Shown here: one piece after another, positions 50,890 to 64,000 of the stretch
How positions within the stretch are numbered: position 1 is the stretch's first letter
Layout of the letters: every line of letters begins with the position of its first letter
NCBI RefSeq assembly: GCF_963921235.1
Contig: NC_086097.1
Span: forward strand, 54,374,001-54,438,000
Length of the DNA: 64,000 nucleotides
From: Mobula hypostoma
Lineage: Eukaryota
Reading direction: 5' to 3'
Notes under the pieces: model-generated
Seen by the model: only the letters and a program-made list of their open reading frames with translations
Database searches by the model: none
What the model was told of the DNA's origin: nothing
Made by a program: the position numbers and the translations under genes

Positions 50890-53655
50890 AAGGACAGACA
50901 TAATAGGCCAAAATTGCAGTTAGTGGGATGAGCTGAAATGTAACATGGGGGCAAAATCACAAAGGATGATGAATACAGGACTGAAGATGTTATAATTGAA
51001 TGCTGCAGTATACAGAATAAGGCAGATGATCCTGTAGCACAGTTAAAGATTAGCAGTTATGACTTTGTGGGCATCACTGAGTCATGGCGGAATGAAGATC
51101 AGAGTTGGGAGCTTTACATCCAAGGATACACGTATTGAAAGGACAGGCAGGTAAACAGGCGTGGGTGACTGTTACTAAAAACTGAAATCAGATCTTTAGA
51201 AACTGCAAGGGTAAAAAGACCCTGATAGGAATTGTATACAGGCCTCCAAATAAAAGTCAGGATGTGGCTTACAAATTATAGCGGGAGATAGAAAGGGAAT
51301 GTAAAAAGGGCAATGTTACGATAGTCATGGGGAATTTTAATATGCAGGTATATTGAGAAAATCAGGGTGGTGCTGGAGCCCAAGACAGGGAGTTAGAAGA
51401 ATGCCTGTGAAGTGGCTTTTATGAGTAGCTTGTGGTTGAGCCCACTCAGGGAAAAGCAATTCTGGATTGGGTGTTGTGTAATGAGCCAGATTTGATTAGG
51501 GAGTTTAAGGTAAAGGAAGCCTTAAGGGGAAGTGATCATAATATGTTAGAATTTGCCCTGCAGCTAAAATCAGATGCATCAGTATTACAGTGGAGTAAAG
51601 GAAATTACAGTGGCATGAGAGAGGAGCTGAAAGTTGACTGAAAGCATAACAACAATGGCCAGAGTTTCTGGGAACAATTTGGAAGGTGCAAGATAGATAA
51701 ATGCCAAAGATGAAGGAGTATTCTAAAGGGAGGAGGACACATGATGGCTGACTAGGGACATTGGCAGCATAAGAGCAACCGTACATGATACTCAGGCATA
51801 TGTTAGAACAAAAGTTAGTGGGAAGCTAATTGGGAATCATTGGGATTGGGAATTTTTTCAAAAAAAAGGCAACAGACCGAGGGAAAAGATTAATATGAAG
51901 ATAAGCAAGACAATAGTATAAGAAAGGATGCAAAAAGATTCTTTTCAGATACAGTATATAAAGAGTAAAAAGAGTTGAGTGTGGATATTGGACTGTTGGA
52001 AAATTATGCTGGACAAAGAAGTGGCAGACAAACATGATAAGTTTTTGTGTCAGTCTTCACTGTGGAAGACACCAGCAGTATGCCAGAAATTCAAGAAAGT
52101 TATGGGTCTGAAGTGAGTGTAGTTGCTATTATTAAGGACAAGGTGTTTGGGAAGCTGAAAGGTCTGAAGATAGATATGTCACCTGGGCCAGATGGACTAC
52201 ACCCCAGGGTCTGAAAGAGGAAGCTGAAAATATTGTGGAGTCTTTCAAGAATCACCAAATTCTGGAATGGCTGTGGAGGACTGGAAAATTGCAAATGTTG
52301 CTCCACATTTTAAGGGAGGGAGGCAGAAAAAAGGAAATTATAGGCCAGTTGTTCTGACTTCACTGGTGAAAGATGTTGGGATGTGTTGTTAAGGATGAGA
52401 TTTCAGAGTACCTGGAGGCACATGAGCCAAAGTCAGCATGGTTTCCTTAAAGGGAAATCTGTTTGAATTCTTTGAGGAAATAAAAAGCAGGATAGGCAAG
52501 GGAGTTGTCTGTGGATGCTGTTTACTTGGATTTTTACAAGTCCTTTGACAAGGTGCCATATATGAGGCTGCTAAACAGGATTAGAGCCCACGGTATAACA
52601 CAAAAGATACCAGCATGGATAGAAGATTGACTGACTGGCAGGAGGCCAGGAATGGGAATAAAGGGGGCCCTTTTTTTGGGTTAACTGCTGGTGACAAGTG
52701 GTGTTGTACAAAAGCAGCTTTTGATCAAGTTGTGTCACTGATTTGGATGATAGAATTGATGGCTTTGTGGCCAAGTTTGCAGATGATACAAAGATAGGTG
52801 ATGGGGCAAGTAGAACTGTGGAAGCAGGGAATCTGCAGAAGGGCTTGTACAGATTGGGAGAGTGGGCAAATGTGACAAATGGAATATAGTGAAGGGAAGT
52901 TTATGTTCATGCACTCTGGTAGAAGGAATAAAGGTGTAGACTATTTTCTAAATGAGGAGAAAATTCCAAAATCTTGCATGCAAAGCCTCTTGGGAGTCCT
53001 CATGCAGGATTCCCTAAAGGTAACTTACATGTTTAGTCAGTGGTAAGGAAGGCAAATGCATTGTTAGCATTCATTTCAAGAGGACTAGAATATAAAAACA
53101 AGGATGTAATGCTGAGGCTTTATAAGGCACTGGTGAGACCACACTTGGAATATTGTGTAGCAGTTTTGGGCCCCTTATTTAAGAAAATATGTGCTTGCAT
53201 TGAAGAGGGGCCAGAGGAGGTTCATGAGAAAGATTCTGGGAATGAAGGTGTTAACACGGAGCATTTGATGACCCTGGGTCTGTACTTGCTGGAGTTTAGA
53301 AAATGAAGAGGGACAGGAAGTTTCGCTGAAACATATCTATTATTGAAAGTGGATGTGGAGAGGATGTTTCCTACAGTGGATGAGTCTAGAACCAGAGGAC
53401 ACAGCCTCAGAAGAGAGGCTGTCCATTCTGAACAGAAATGAGGAATTTCTTTAACCAGAGGGTAGTGAATCTGTGGAATTCATTGCCAGAAACTGCTGTG
53501 AAGGCCAAGTTATTGGGTATATTTAAAACAGAGGTTGACAGGTTCTTGATTGGCGTGCCAGTAGTTATGGGGAGAAAGCAACAATGGGGTTGAAAGGGAT
53601 CATCAATCACTCATGAGCCAATGGGCCAAATAGCCTAATTCTGCTCTTGTGTCTT
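50890..53655 (+). mobile_element. Degraded CR1 LINE spanning most of ORF2 (APE plus RT)
   Basis: GITESW, YRPP, MGNFN, EPTQGKAILDWVLCNEP...GSDHN, NYRPV, LYKALVRPHLEYC; many frameshifts. Confidence 0.9.
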
Positions 53656-56179
53656 AAGGTCTCGATGAGTAATAAAGGCAAGCATGCAATATATTGCCTT
53701 TATCACCCTGTTCAGCCTGTGCAGCCACCTGGATGAGGTTCAAAGTCCATGATATCCTGGCTGGACCTAAACTGAGCACAGTTGAGCAAGGTAGTGCTAA
53801 GTATTGCTTCATATCATTGTTGATGAAATCTTCTGTCAATGCGTAATGATAATATTGTTGTGATGTGGTGTACTGGCACATGAAGAGACTTGTGAATGTG
53901 GTCATGATTGGAACAAAGAGAAGATTTGGTAAGCTGGTGTTGTTTTAGTGGGAGCAGAGGCAGTAAAGAGCTTAAACTTAATTTTGTTACAGAAAATTCT
54001 ATGGCCCCAGATAAATAGAAAGGATCACAACAAAAGGGTCAAAGTGGGGCATAGATTTAGAGTAAATAGTCAAAGGATTAAGGAATGTGAGGAAAAAATG
54101 TTTATATCTAGATGGTGATTAGGGACCTACAACCCTGTAAAAACCCAGATTACTTTTTACCATCAATTTGTGCACTTGAAAAGCTGTAACCTTAAAGGCA
54201 GTGGAGCAGGTACTGAAAAATGGAATTCGATTGGATTACTTTTTTTGTCTGGCACAGTCATGATGGGCCATGTGTCTTTCTGCTGTGCCATACATTTTCT
54301 AAGATTCTGTATGATTAGATTGTTATTAGCCACATTAGATGTGTCCTGCTTTTGGAAGAGTGACTAAACCGGCTCCCCCACCAGGCTTGCTTGGTGAGGA
54401 GGGTGGCTAGACACCCTGCAGGACGAGAAACAAGATCTGTCAAAGGGCGGATGAATCCTCTTGTAGGGTCAACGACCATCTAGCAAACACATGCCGTAAA
54501 GCACGGAAAGGGCTTGGTCTGGCCGTTCACTGCAACAGAACTTCCCCCAGCCATCTTGGACCCCACCTGATCCGGGAGGGGATGTCAAGAGGGTGGGTCT
54601 GGACCTGTGCAACCCCCTACTCACCTAAAATCCACTCATGCACGTGCCGTTCCTTTCTGAGGAGTGGGGTACCACCCCACTAAATGACTGAAAGGAACCA
54701 TCATCATACTATGGGATGGATTGCCAGAGAGAGAGAGAGAGATTAACCAAGGTATATTCCACAGTTGGTGGATGCCACCATCAGGCTGCACTGGAGCAGC
54801 TTGGTTGGTGCTCCATCTTGTACTGCAGTTCCAGTTTTAAAAATCGGAGCCCAGATTTTCTTTCTGTTCTCATAATGTTTGCTGAATTCAGTGCTGTCAA
54901 TAGTTTCTCCATGAGTTCAAGGGGCAAATTGAATTGTATGAAGATGAGGGATGGGTGAAATAATGATGTCCACATCCACCAAGATGAATGAATGAACCCA
55001 TTAAGCACTGCTGACTGAAAGTTAGTGGGAAATACTCCCGACTTGTATTTGGTTCTCACATGCTGGTGATATATATCATTGAGTATAGATGTCTTCTTTG
55101 TGTTGCTTATATTTGCTTATTGTTTACTATCTTCATGGCATGATGTAACAGGACAGTATAGCTACATGTTTGTTAGCATGTCTGTAGAATTCCTTGTAGT
55201 TCTAATTCCTCGTAGTTCTAATTCCTCTGCAGTACGTGATTTTTCAGTTTAGCAGTCTTTGGGTGATGGAGATATTATCACATGAAATTTATGCTACTCC
55301 TGACATGTCCTTATGAGCTAGTGTAAATCCCCAAGCTCAGATTCAATCATAGAATACTGTGCAATGAAATAACCTCTGGTCTTCGAACCTGCAACAGATA
55401 GGTTGGTGAGGATGAGGTTGTGGGTTTACTTATACTAAGTGCAAAACTTGTATAGTCATTGATCTTCAGGGTTTGGGCAGCTTAGTCATTGATGGTGTTC
55501 ACAAACCATACTCAGGTGACAAAAAGCCCAATAGTATTCTATACCCTTGCTACTTCATTTTTCTTGCATATATTGTTAGGTGTGGAGCAGTACTAATTTA
55601 TCAACTGAAAGGGGTGGACAGTGGTAGTTTCTTTGGCTCTATTTGACCTGTTGTAGTAGAGGTTTCCAGGTCTGTGCTCAAGATTGTCTTCTTCCTTCCT
55701 CTCTGTCATTGCCTGTTAGTGGTTCTGCTTTGCTGATCGGCCATGATATGCCCACGGATAATGAAGTAATTTAGGATGTTGTGTTTAAAATATTCTGTGT
55801 AATACAGTCAGTGGTACCTCATTGATTTATAGGAAATTTCAGGTATTGATCCATAAATCATCTTCAGAAAATCTTGGCAAGGTCTCCTCTATGACTCAGT
55901 ATTCGTTCTGAAACTATCGTAGTTCATTTCTGCGGTTTTATTTTCTTTTTAGTATGGCAGTTTTGAAACAACTGAATGGTTTTCCAGGCTACTTTAGAAT
56001 GAAGTGGGAATCAACCACCTTGATATTCACGGAGGCAATTGCATTCTGGATGTTATTGAAGGATCTTATTGAACCAGATGAGTTATTATGACAAATTATT
56101 TAATTAGAGAGATTGTTACAAAAAAAATCAGGTTAGGTAATTAACTGCATTTAAATTCAATAGCAGCCCTGTTGCTTTG

Positions 56180-58215
56180 AATCAAAATCAGGTTTATTAT
56201 CACCAGCATGTGTTGTGAAATTTAGCATCGGCAGCAGTTCAATGCAGTACATAATATAGAAGAAATAAATAAATTACAGTATATGTATATTGAATAGATT
56301 AAAAATTGTGCCAAAACAGAAATAAGATACAGGTCAACCTTCACTAATCCGGCACCATTGGGACCTGAGGAGTGCCGGATTAGTGAAAATGCTGAATTAC
56401 AGGAAGATCACATTAAGCAACAGCTAACCACTGCATTATACCTTTAAAATATCATGTAAGTCAGTACAAGTTGGATAATAATGAAACAGAAATATTAAAT
56501 GAGTAGCAAGTGAAATTTTAATAAAGTAATATACTGTACAGGTACAGATAAAATAAAAGGTACAGGTAAATGTACAGGAATTAACTTATACAGAAAAGTT
56601 GAACACTTCTGCTTCTAAAGTGAGACGTTTAATATACCTTCAGGCAAAGTTACATGTCTGCAGGCGTGGGGTTGTCAAGATCATCAACATCTTCATCTTG
56701 AAGAATGAGTGAAGCATTAGGAACTGGTGCTGAAACTGGCACAACAGTTTCTTCAAAAACTGTTGATGTTGGTGGCAGCACATCTGGGTGAGCAGAAGTT
56801 GATGGCACTGGATTTTGAGTGTTAGCTCCCCTGTTGCACTTTTTCTAGCAATTTTTTAAAACATATCTTCCAAGGTAAGCTGTTTCATATATTTTGGTCT
56901 CTCTCTGATTAGCTTATCCTGCAGCATATAAACACTCATTATTTCTTGCTCAGTTGTAAAACATCGTTGCTCTAATCCTTTCAGCATGGTAAATTACAGG
57001 AAATTGCGTCATACCTTTGAAGGCCCTGGGACGTAAACTTTTGCCAATGACCAGTAACTTACATCTGTGGGTTCCTGCAGCATTAGAGAAGCCTAGCAAA
57101 GTCACACTATCTCTCGATGCCTTATACCCTGTTGGCGATTCTGCATCTGCTGTTGTTAGTGTTCTTCTTGGTGTACATCTCCAATACAAAGCAGTCTCAT
57201 CAGCATTGTAGACCTGCTCGGGGCTTAATTTTTCATCAGGGACTAACTTGGCGCACTCGTCAACAGACTCTGCTGCTGCTTCCTTGTCTGCTGAACGTTT
57301 TTCACCACACTCTGCATGAAACTGTAAACCATGACGCTGCTTGAACCGATGAAGCCAGCCTATAGTCACACTCATAATCTAGTCCTAGTTCTTCATGAAA
57401 TACTTTTGCTTGTTCCTTCACCATATCTCCAGATAGTTCAACACCTTCACTAACACGAAGATTAAACCACGTTCTCAGCACTTTATCTAGTTCGGAACTA
57501 GATAAGTGAACTCTTTCATTGTTTTTCTTACGCACATCTGTTTCTTTGAGCCACTATCAGCAAAAAAAGTAGCAGTTTTTCTTTCTGTTTCTTTATATCG
57601 TACACTGTGGAAGAGCCAATGTTGTAATGCTCGCACAAGCTTTTCACTGATATGCCACTGTCCAGTTTTTTCAAGAGTTCAACCTTATCTTTAATGGATA
57701 ATGTGCGGTGTTTTCGCTTCATAGCACGAGGTGCATTTCCTTTAATCACTGGGGCCATAATTTGGGCTAAAAAAGAGCCAATTATTTTAATAAATGCAGG
57801 AAAACAAGCAGGAATCGTGTGTCTGTGCTTACAAGGGCGCGCCAACACGTGAACAGATCTAGCGCAACCAAAACAATGCGCAGCAGATTGGTACGGTGGC
57901 CCAGGAAATTTGAAATCAGTGCTGGATTATCGAAGGAACCGATTACAGGTAGTCAGATTAGTGAAGGTCGACTGCATATTTAAATAAAAGTGAGGTGGTG
58001 TTCACAGGTTCAGTGTCCATTTAGGAAACGGATGGCAGAGGGGAAGAAGCTGTTCCTGAATCACTGAGTGTGTGCCTTCGGGCTCCTGTACCTCCTACCT
58101 GACGGTAACAGTGAGAAAAGGGCATGCACTGGATGCTGGAGGTCCTTGATAATGAATGCTGCCTTTCTGAGACACTGCTCCTTGAAGATGTCCTGGACAC
58201 TTTGTAGGCCAGTAG
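56180..58215 (-). mobile_element. Rex1-like 3' fragment split by the pogo/Tigger insertion
   Basis: GATAATAAACCTGATT tail at about 56185 continues after 57975 with NSFFPSAIRFLN-like coding sequence. Confidence 0.65.
56330..57974 (-). mobile_element. pogo/Tigger-like DNA transposon, internally deleted
   Basis: TIRs CAGGTCAACCTTCACTAATC / GATTAGTGAAGGTCGACTG; CENP-B-type HTH (KRKHRTLSIKDKVELLKKL, GWLHRFKQRHG); first catalytic motif YNADETAL; frameshifted. Confidence 0.9.
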
Positions 58216-58659
58216 GTTTCAACACAATGGCTCATATTTCCTGATCTGTTGCCTGTTGTCTGTGAACCAAATTAATGATGGCCGGGAGCGTGGTATTGCA
58301 CAACAAGATCTTGGGATGCAAGTATATAGTTCCTTAAAAGTGGCGATATGGATAAACAGTAATGAAGAAAATATGCTATGCTTGCCTTTATTGGCTGAGG
58401 CATTGAGTCCTGGAGTTGGGATGTTGTGTTGCAGTTCCACAAGAGGTTATGCCACATTTGTTGAGTATTGTTTGCAATTATGGTTGCTACATCATAGGAA
58501 GAATGTGATTAAGTTGGAGATAGTGAAGAGAAGTTTCACAGGAACGTAGCCTGAACAGGAAGGCTTGAGTTACAAGGAGAGATTGGATAGGCTGCGACTG
58601 TTTTCTTTGGAGTGAAGGAAGCTAGGAGGTGCCATTATCAAAGTTTATAAAAATTGAGA

Positions 58660-59666
58660 GGCACAGACACAACAGGTCCTTCGCCCACAATGTTGTGCTA
58701 AACCAATTAAATTAGTAATCAAATGGCCAACTAAACCTAGCCCTTCTGCCTTCATAATGCCTATATCCTTCTATTTTCCTGACATTCATTTGTCCATCTA
58801 AATATCTCTGAAAAGTCCCTAATGTATCAGCCTCTACCACGATCCCAGGCAGCACATTCCAGGCACCTGCCATTCTGTGTTTAAACTTGCCCCTCACATC
58901 TCCTTTGAAATTATCCCTCTTACCTTAAATGCATACCCTCTGGTATTGGATATTTCAACCCTTGGAAAAAGATGTCTGTATACTCAACATCTATATGTCT
59001 CATAATCTTAACAACCTCTTATCAGATCACCCTTCAGCCTCCACTGTTCCAAAGAAAACAATCCAAGTTTGTCCAACCTCTGATTATAGCATTTGCCCTC
59101 AAATCCAGGCAGCATCCTGGCAAACTACTTCTGCAGCCTGTCTAAAGCCTCAGTATCCTTCCTGAAATGGGGTGACCAGAACTGTAATGCAATACACCAG
59201 ATGTGACCTAAGAAGGGTTTTATAAAGCTGCAACACAACTTCCTGGCTTTTGATCTCAATGCCTTGCCTAATAAAGGCAAGCATGCGGTATGCCTTCTTA
59301 ACCACCCTATCAATCTGTGCAGACATTTTCAGGGACCTATGAACTTGGACCCCACGATCCCTCTGCTCATCAAATGCTGTTAAGGGTCTTGCCCTTGACA
59401 ATGTACTGTCTCTTTACAATTCACCTACCAAAGTGCAACACTTCACATTCAGCTGGGTTAAGCTGCACCTGCTCTTTTTCTGCCTGTATCTGCAACTGAT
59501 CTATATCCGGCTGTACACTGCCAGTCTTCCACACTAACCACAACACCACCAATCTTTGTATCATCTACAAATTTACTAATCCACCCATCTACATTTTCAT
59601 TCAGGTCATTTATATCCATCACAATCAGCATAGTTCCCAGTACAGATTCTTGCGGAACACCACTAA
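58660..59666 (-). mobile_element. CR1 LINE 3' part
   Basis: SGVPQESVLG, KFVDDTKIGG, LYKTLLRSHL, QFWSPHFRKD. Confidence 0.85.
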
Positions 59667-59794
59667 GGATAGCTAGTAACAATCTTTTTCTCAGATAGGG
59701 AAGTCTGAAAATGTAGGGCTTAAGTTTAAGATGGGAGGGGAAGGATTAAAAGCAGACCTGAGGGAAAATATTTTCATGCAGAGGATGATAGGTG

Positions 59795-62215
59795 CAGTGG
59801 TATCCAAAAGTTTGGGCACCCCTGGTCAAAATTTCTGTTACTGTGAATAGCTAAGCGAGTAAAAGATGAACTGATTTCCAAAAGGCATGAAGTTAAAGAT
59901 GACACATTTCTTTAATATTTTAAGCAAGAAAACTTTTTTATTTCCAACTTTTACAGTTTAAAATAACAAAAAGAAAAGGGCCTGAAGCAAAAGTTTGGGC
60001 ACCCTGCATGGCAGTACTTAGTAACGGCCCCTTTGGCAAGTATCACAACTTGTAAACACTTTTGGTAGCCAGCTAAGAGTCTTTCAGTTCTTGTTTGGGG
60101 GGATTTTCACCCATTCTTCCTTGCAAAAGGCTTCTAGTTCTGTGAGATTCTTGGGCCGTCTTGCATGCACTGCTTTTTTGAGGTCTATGCACAGATTCTC
60201 GATGATGTTTAGGTCAGAGTACTGTGAGGGCCATGGCAAAACTTTCAGCTTGCACCTCTTGAGGTAGTCTATTGTGGATTTTGAGATGTGTTTAGGGTCA
60301 TTATCCTGTTGTCCAGCATCTGGCTGCGTGGTGTGCCGACAACAACCTGGCCCTTAACACCCAGAAGACCAAGGAGATCATTGTGGACTTCAGGCATGCT
60401 AGGAGCCACACTCACGTCCCCATCTACATCAACAGAGCTGTAGTGGAGCATGTATCAAGCTTCACATTTCTTGGTGTCCACATTTCTGAGGATCTCACCT
60501 GGTCCCTGAACTCCTCCATCCTGATCAAAAAGGTGCAGCAGTGTCTTTATTTCCTGTGGAGCAACGAGAAAGCTCACCTCTGTCCCAAGATACTGATGGA
60601 CTTTTACCGCTGTACCATTGAGAGCATACTCACCAACTGCATCTCAGTGTGGTATGGCAATTGTCCCGTATCGGACCGCAAAGTACTCCAGTGTGTGGTG
60701 AAAACTGCCGAGCAGATTATCGGCAACCAATTGCCCACCATTGAGAATATCTACCGTAAACACTGCCTGGGCAGGGCGAAAAGCATTATCAAAGATGCAT
60801 CTCACCCTAACCATGGACTTTTTACTCTCCTCCCATCCAGTAGGCGCTACAGGAGCCTCCGCTCCCACACCAGCAGGCGCAGGAAGAGCTTCTTCCCTGA
60901 GGCTGTGACCCTGCTGAACCTCACATCACAGCGCTAAGCAGTATTGCACCCATACTGTACTGTCTCAGTACTTTTATATTTGTGTGCTGTAGCACTTGCT
61001 TTTTATTCGCAGTGATTTTGTAAATAACACTGTTCTTTGCATTTCTGGTTAGATGCTAACTGCATTTCATTGGCTTTGTATCTGTACTCGGCACAATGAC
61101 AATAAAGTTGAATCTAATCTAATCCTTTTTTCATCTTTGGCTTTTTTTTTTACTGACAGTGTGATGGTTGCTTCCAGAATTTGCTGGTATTTAATTGAAT
61201 TCATTCTTCCCTCTACCAGTAAATGTTCCCCCAGCCACTGGCTGCAACACAAGCCCAAAGCATGATCGATTCACCCCCATGCTTAACAGTTGGAGAGGGG
61301 TTCTTTTCATGAAATTCTACACCCTTTTTTCTCCAAACATATCTTTGCTCATTGCAGCCAAAAAGTTCTATTCAAAGGGTTCAAAGGAACATCTAAGCAA
61401 GCCTGATGCATTTTGGAAATAAGTCCTGTGGGCTGATGAAGTTAAAATAGAACTTTTTGGCTGCAATGAACAAAGGTATCTTCGGAGAAAAAAGGGTGCA
61501 GAATTTCATGAAAAGAAAACCTCCAACTGTTAAGCACGGGGGCGGATCGATCATGCTTTGGGCTTGTGTTGCAACCAGTGGCACGGGGAACATTTACTGG
61601 TAGAGGGAAGAATGTATTCAATTAAATACCAACAAATTCTGGAAGCATACATCACACCGTCTTTAAAAAAAAAGCCTGAAGATGAAAAGAGGATGGCTTC
61701 TACAACAGGATAATGAACCTAAACACACCTCAAAATCCACAATGGACTACCTCAAGGGTGCAAGCTGAAGGTTTTGCCATGGCCCTCACAGTCCCCTGAC
61801 CTAAACATCATCGAGAATCTGTGGATAGACCTCAAAAGAGCAGTGCATGCAAGATGGCCCAAGAATCTCACAGAACTAGAAGCCTTTTGCAAGGAAGAAT
61901 GGGTGAAAATCCCCCAAACAAGAACTGAAAGATTCTTAGCTGGCTACAAAAAGTGTTTACAATCTGTGATAGTTGCCAAAGGAGGTGTTACTTAAGTACT
62001 GCCATGCAGAGTGCCCAAACATTTGCTTCGGGCTCTTTTCCTTTTTTGTTATTTTGAAACTGTAAAAGATGGAAATAAAAAAGTAATTTTAAAATATCAA
62101 GGAAATGTGTCACCTTTAAATTTATGCCTTTTGGAAATCAGTTCTTCTGTACTCGCTTAGCTATTCACAGTAACAGAAATTTTGACCGGGGTGCCCAAAC
62201 TTTTGCATGCCACTG
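59795..62215. mobile_element. Fold-back Tc1 derivative: two inverted copies of the transposase 3' half plus terminus
   Basis: Ends CAGTGGTATCCAAAAGTTTGGGCACCCC / GGGGTGCCCAAACTTTTGCATGCCACTG-TA. Right arm encodes [15 protein letters not shown] on +; left arm is its reverse complement. Confidence 0.85.
60313..61122 (+). mobile_element. 5'-truncated Rex1/Babar retrotransposon inside the Tc1 left arm
   Basis: NNLALNTQKTKEIIVDFR...FLGVHISEDLTWS...YRCTIESILT...LLPSSRRYRS...SFFPEAV; AATAAA then (AATCT)n tail. Confidence 0.9.
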
Positions 62216-63250
62216 TATATGAATTAAGATACCAGGGAGCTGGTAAAAGCAGGTACAAATACATCATATAATGAACATTTGGGCACTATCTGGTTTAGAG
62301 GGATTTGGGCCAAACACAGGCAAATGACAATAGCATAGTTAGGTATTTTGGTCGGCATAGCTAAGGTGGGCTGAAAGAAGTCTTTCCATGCTACATGATT
62401 CTGTAAATGTGTGGAGTATTTTGCATTGCATCAATATTGAAGAAGAAATTGTTACTTGGGTAAAACACCACCAAATTGACTTGGTAATATGTAAATATAT
62501 TTTAAAGAGCATGGTTCCCTGCACATCCCAACAAAAACAAGCATGCCAATTAACTCAAGATTCTATAGATGCTGGAAATGTCGATTAACATTTGCAAATT
62601 GTTACAACTAATATTTTTTCCAGCATTTTGTCTATTGTGTCTACAACTCAGCTATAGTTCTTTTAAAAATGTATCCTGCAAATTATACAAGCCCTCATAG
62701 TTGGTGGCCATTAAAGATTATGGATTTTAGTCAAAATAAACTTGAAGTTTTCTTCCATCCCTCCCTGATGTGAAATTTTGTAACCAAAATGAAAGAGGTT
62801 CTATTTTTAAAATAAGCCAGTAAATGAATAAACCAAGTGGAGGTGAGTTGTTATAATTTAAGACTTGTTCAATGCTTTGCCTTCCTTTGTAGCAATTACT
62901 ATCATTGCAAAGCCTCCACACCATCCTTCTCCTTGTTTTCCTGTTTAGTCAATTTCTCAGTCTACTGAAGCTCTATGCCATTCTGTGCACCTATGCATGG
63001 ATTATTAGGCCCTACCTCCTCACACTACATACAACATCTCCCTTTCTCTAAACTTATTAGTGTTGCTTGAAACACCACTGTGCAAAAGTCTGTTTAATGA
63101 AAGAAAAATATATATATATATTCCCACATTTTCACTGGGGCGTATCAGCGAATTCCTATCCGAAGTGATCTGAATGTGCATCAGACTAATAGTAATGTAA
63201 TTTTTCAGTGCCCTTTTGAAATAGCTGAATGAGTTCTCAGTCCTGGTGTA

Positions 63251-63510
63251 CAATGCCTATAAAAAGTATTCACCCCCCCCCCCCCGGAAGTTTTCATGTT
63301 TTATTGCTTTACAGCATTGAATCATAATGGATTTGATTTGGCCTTTTTTTACACTGATCAACAGAAAAAGGCTTTTGTGTTAAAGTGAAAACAGATCTCT
63401 ACAAAGTGATCTAAGTTAACTACAAATATATAAAACAAAATTATTGGTTCAATGTTGTAAAACAAACCATGAAAACTTCCAAGGGAGATGAACACTTTTT
63501 ATAGGCACTA
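63251..63510. mobile_element. Non-autonomous Tc1 MITE related to the element at 1-1327
   Basis: TA-flanked TIRs CAATGCCTATAAAAAGTATTCA / TGAACACTTTTTATAGGCACTA. Confidence 0.8.
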
Positions 63511-63553
63511 TATATATATGTGTGTGGTGTGTGTGTGTATGTATATATGTGTA
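63509..63553. repeat. (TA)n/(TG)n microsatellite
   Basis: Direct reading. Confidence 0.8.
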
Positions 63554-64000
63554 TTAATGACATACGTGAGTAATAATAAACCTAATTCTGATGAGGGTCC
63601 CGATTGTTGACTGAGTATATGAAGGGATGGGGGAAGGGTATGGAGGGGGAGTGGGAAGTATCAGAGAGACATTCTGTAATGATCAATAAATCAATTGTTT
63701 GGAGTCAAATGACCTTGCCTGGTATCTTTGGCTGGGTGTGTCTGCACCCATGGCAGCCCCTGCCCCGGCACTCCTTCTCTGCCACCTGTCCACCACTCCT
63801 CCTGTGGCACTCTACTCTCATCTTTCCCAACATCATTTGCTCCCGCCAGATTTATAAATTCACTCTTAGTTGCTTTGGAGTTTGCATATTGTACTAAATA
63901 CCAACTGTACTTGTCTAATTGCATAAAGATTATGATGTTAGAAGGTACTATATTTTGTGATGTTAGCCCAAAGATGATGTATTTATGGATATTCATAATA

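Larger units (their letters stand above)
58245..62403 (+). mobile_element. Old CR1 3' end acting as host for nested insertions (pieces about 58245-58657, 59667-59794, 62216-62403)
   Basis: CR1 C-terminal and 3' UTR sequence resumes collinearly across each insertion. Confidence 0.7.

Noticed and set aside
56950-57848. Domesticated TIGD/JRK-like gene
   Set aside because: TIRs retained, frameshifts, and the DDE domain is deleted after the first Asp.
42505-64000. Further SAMD4A exons
   Set aside because: None recognised; the region reads as one TE-rich intron, though a small exon could be missed by eye.

Overview
AT-rich, repeat-dense vertebrate genomic DNA, most likely a cartilaginous fish (shark or ray), inferred from the repeat families: CR1, V-SINE/HE1-like SINEs, Penelope and Rex1. 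It holds the conserved block GMFB(-) / CGRRF1(+) / SAMD4A(+). GMFB coding exons 1-5 are present and the rest lies left of the window. The 6-exon CGRRF1 CDS is complete (345 aa). SAMD4A contributes its CpG-island promoter and first coding exon, followed by a long intron. Both head-to-head genes carry a minor-spliceosome (U12-type) intron: AT-AC in GMFB and GT-AG in CGRRF1. The most striking non-coding signal is a dispersed Penelope-derived repeat family (about 12 copies) whose consensus is a minimal type I hammerhead ribozyme (AGTC-CTGACGA-stem II-GAAA-CG-TC-GACT), with short TSD-flanked and palindromic derivatives. Also present are a fold-back Tc1 made of two inverted transposase 3' halves, multi-level nested insertions, a pogo/Tigger element and hAT/Tc1 MITEs. 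Most ORF-track entries are TE debris or chance ORFs. Exon coordinates were read base by base; TE boundaries are approximate. No database searches were run.
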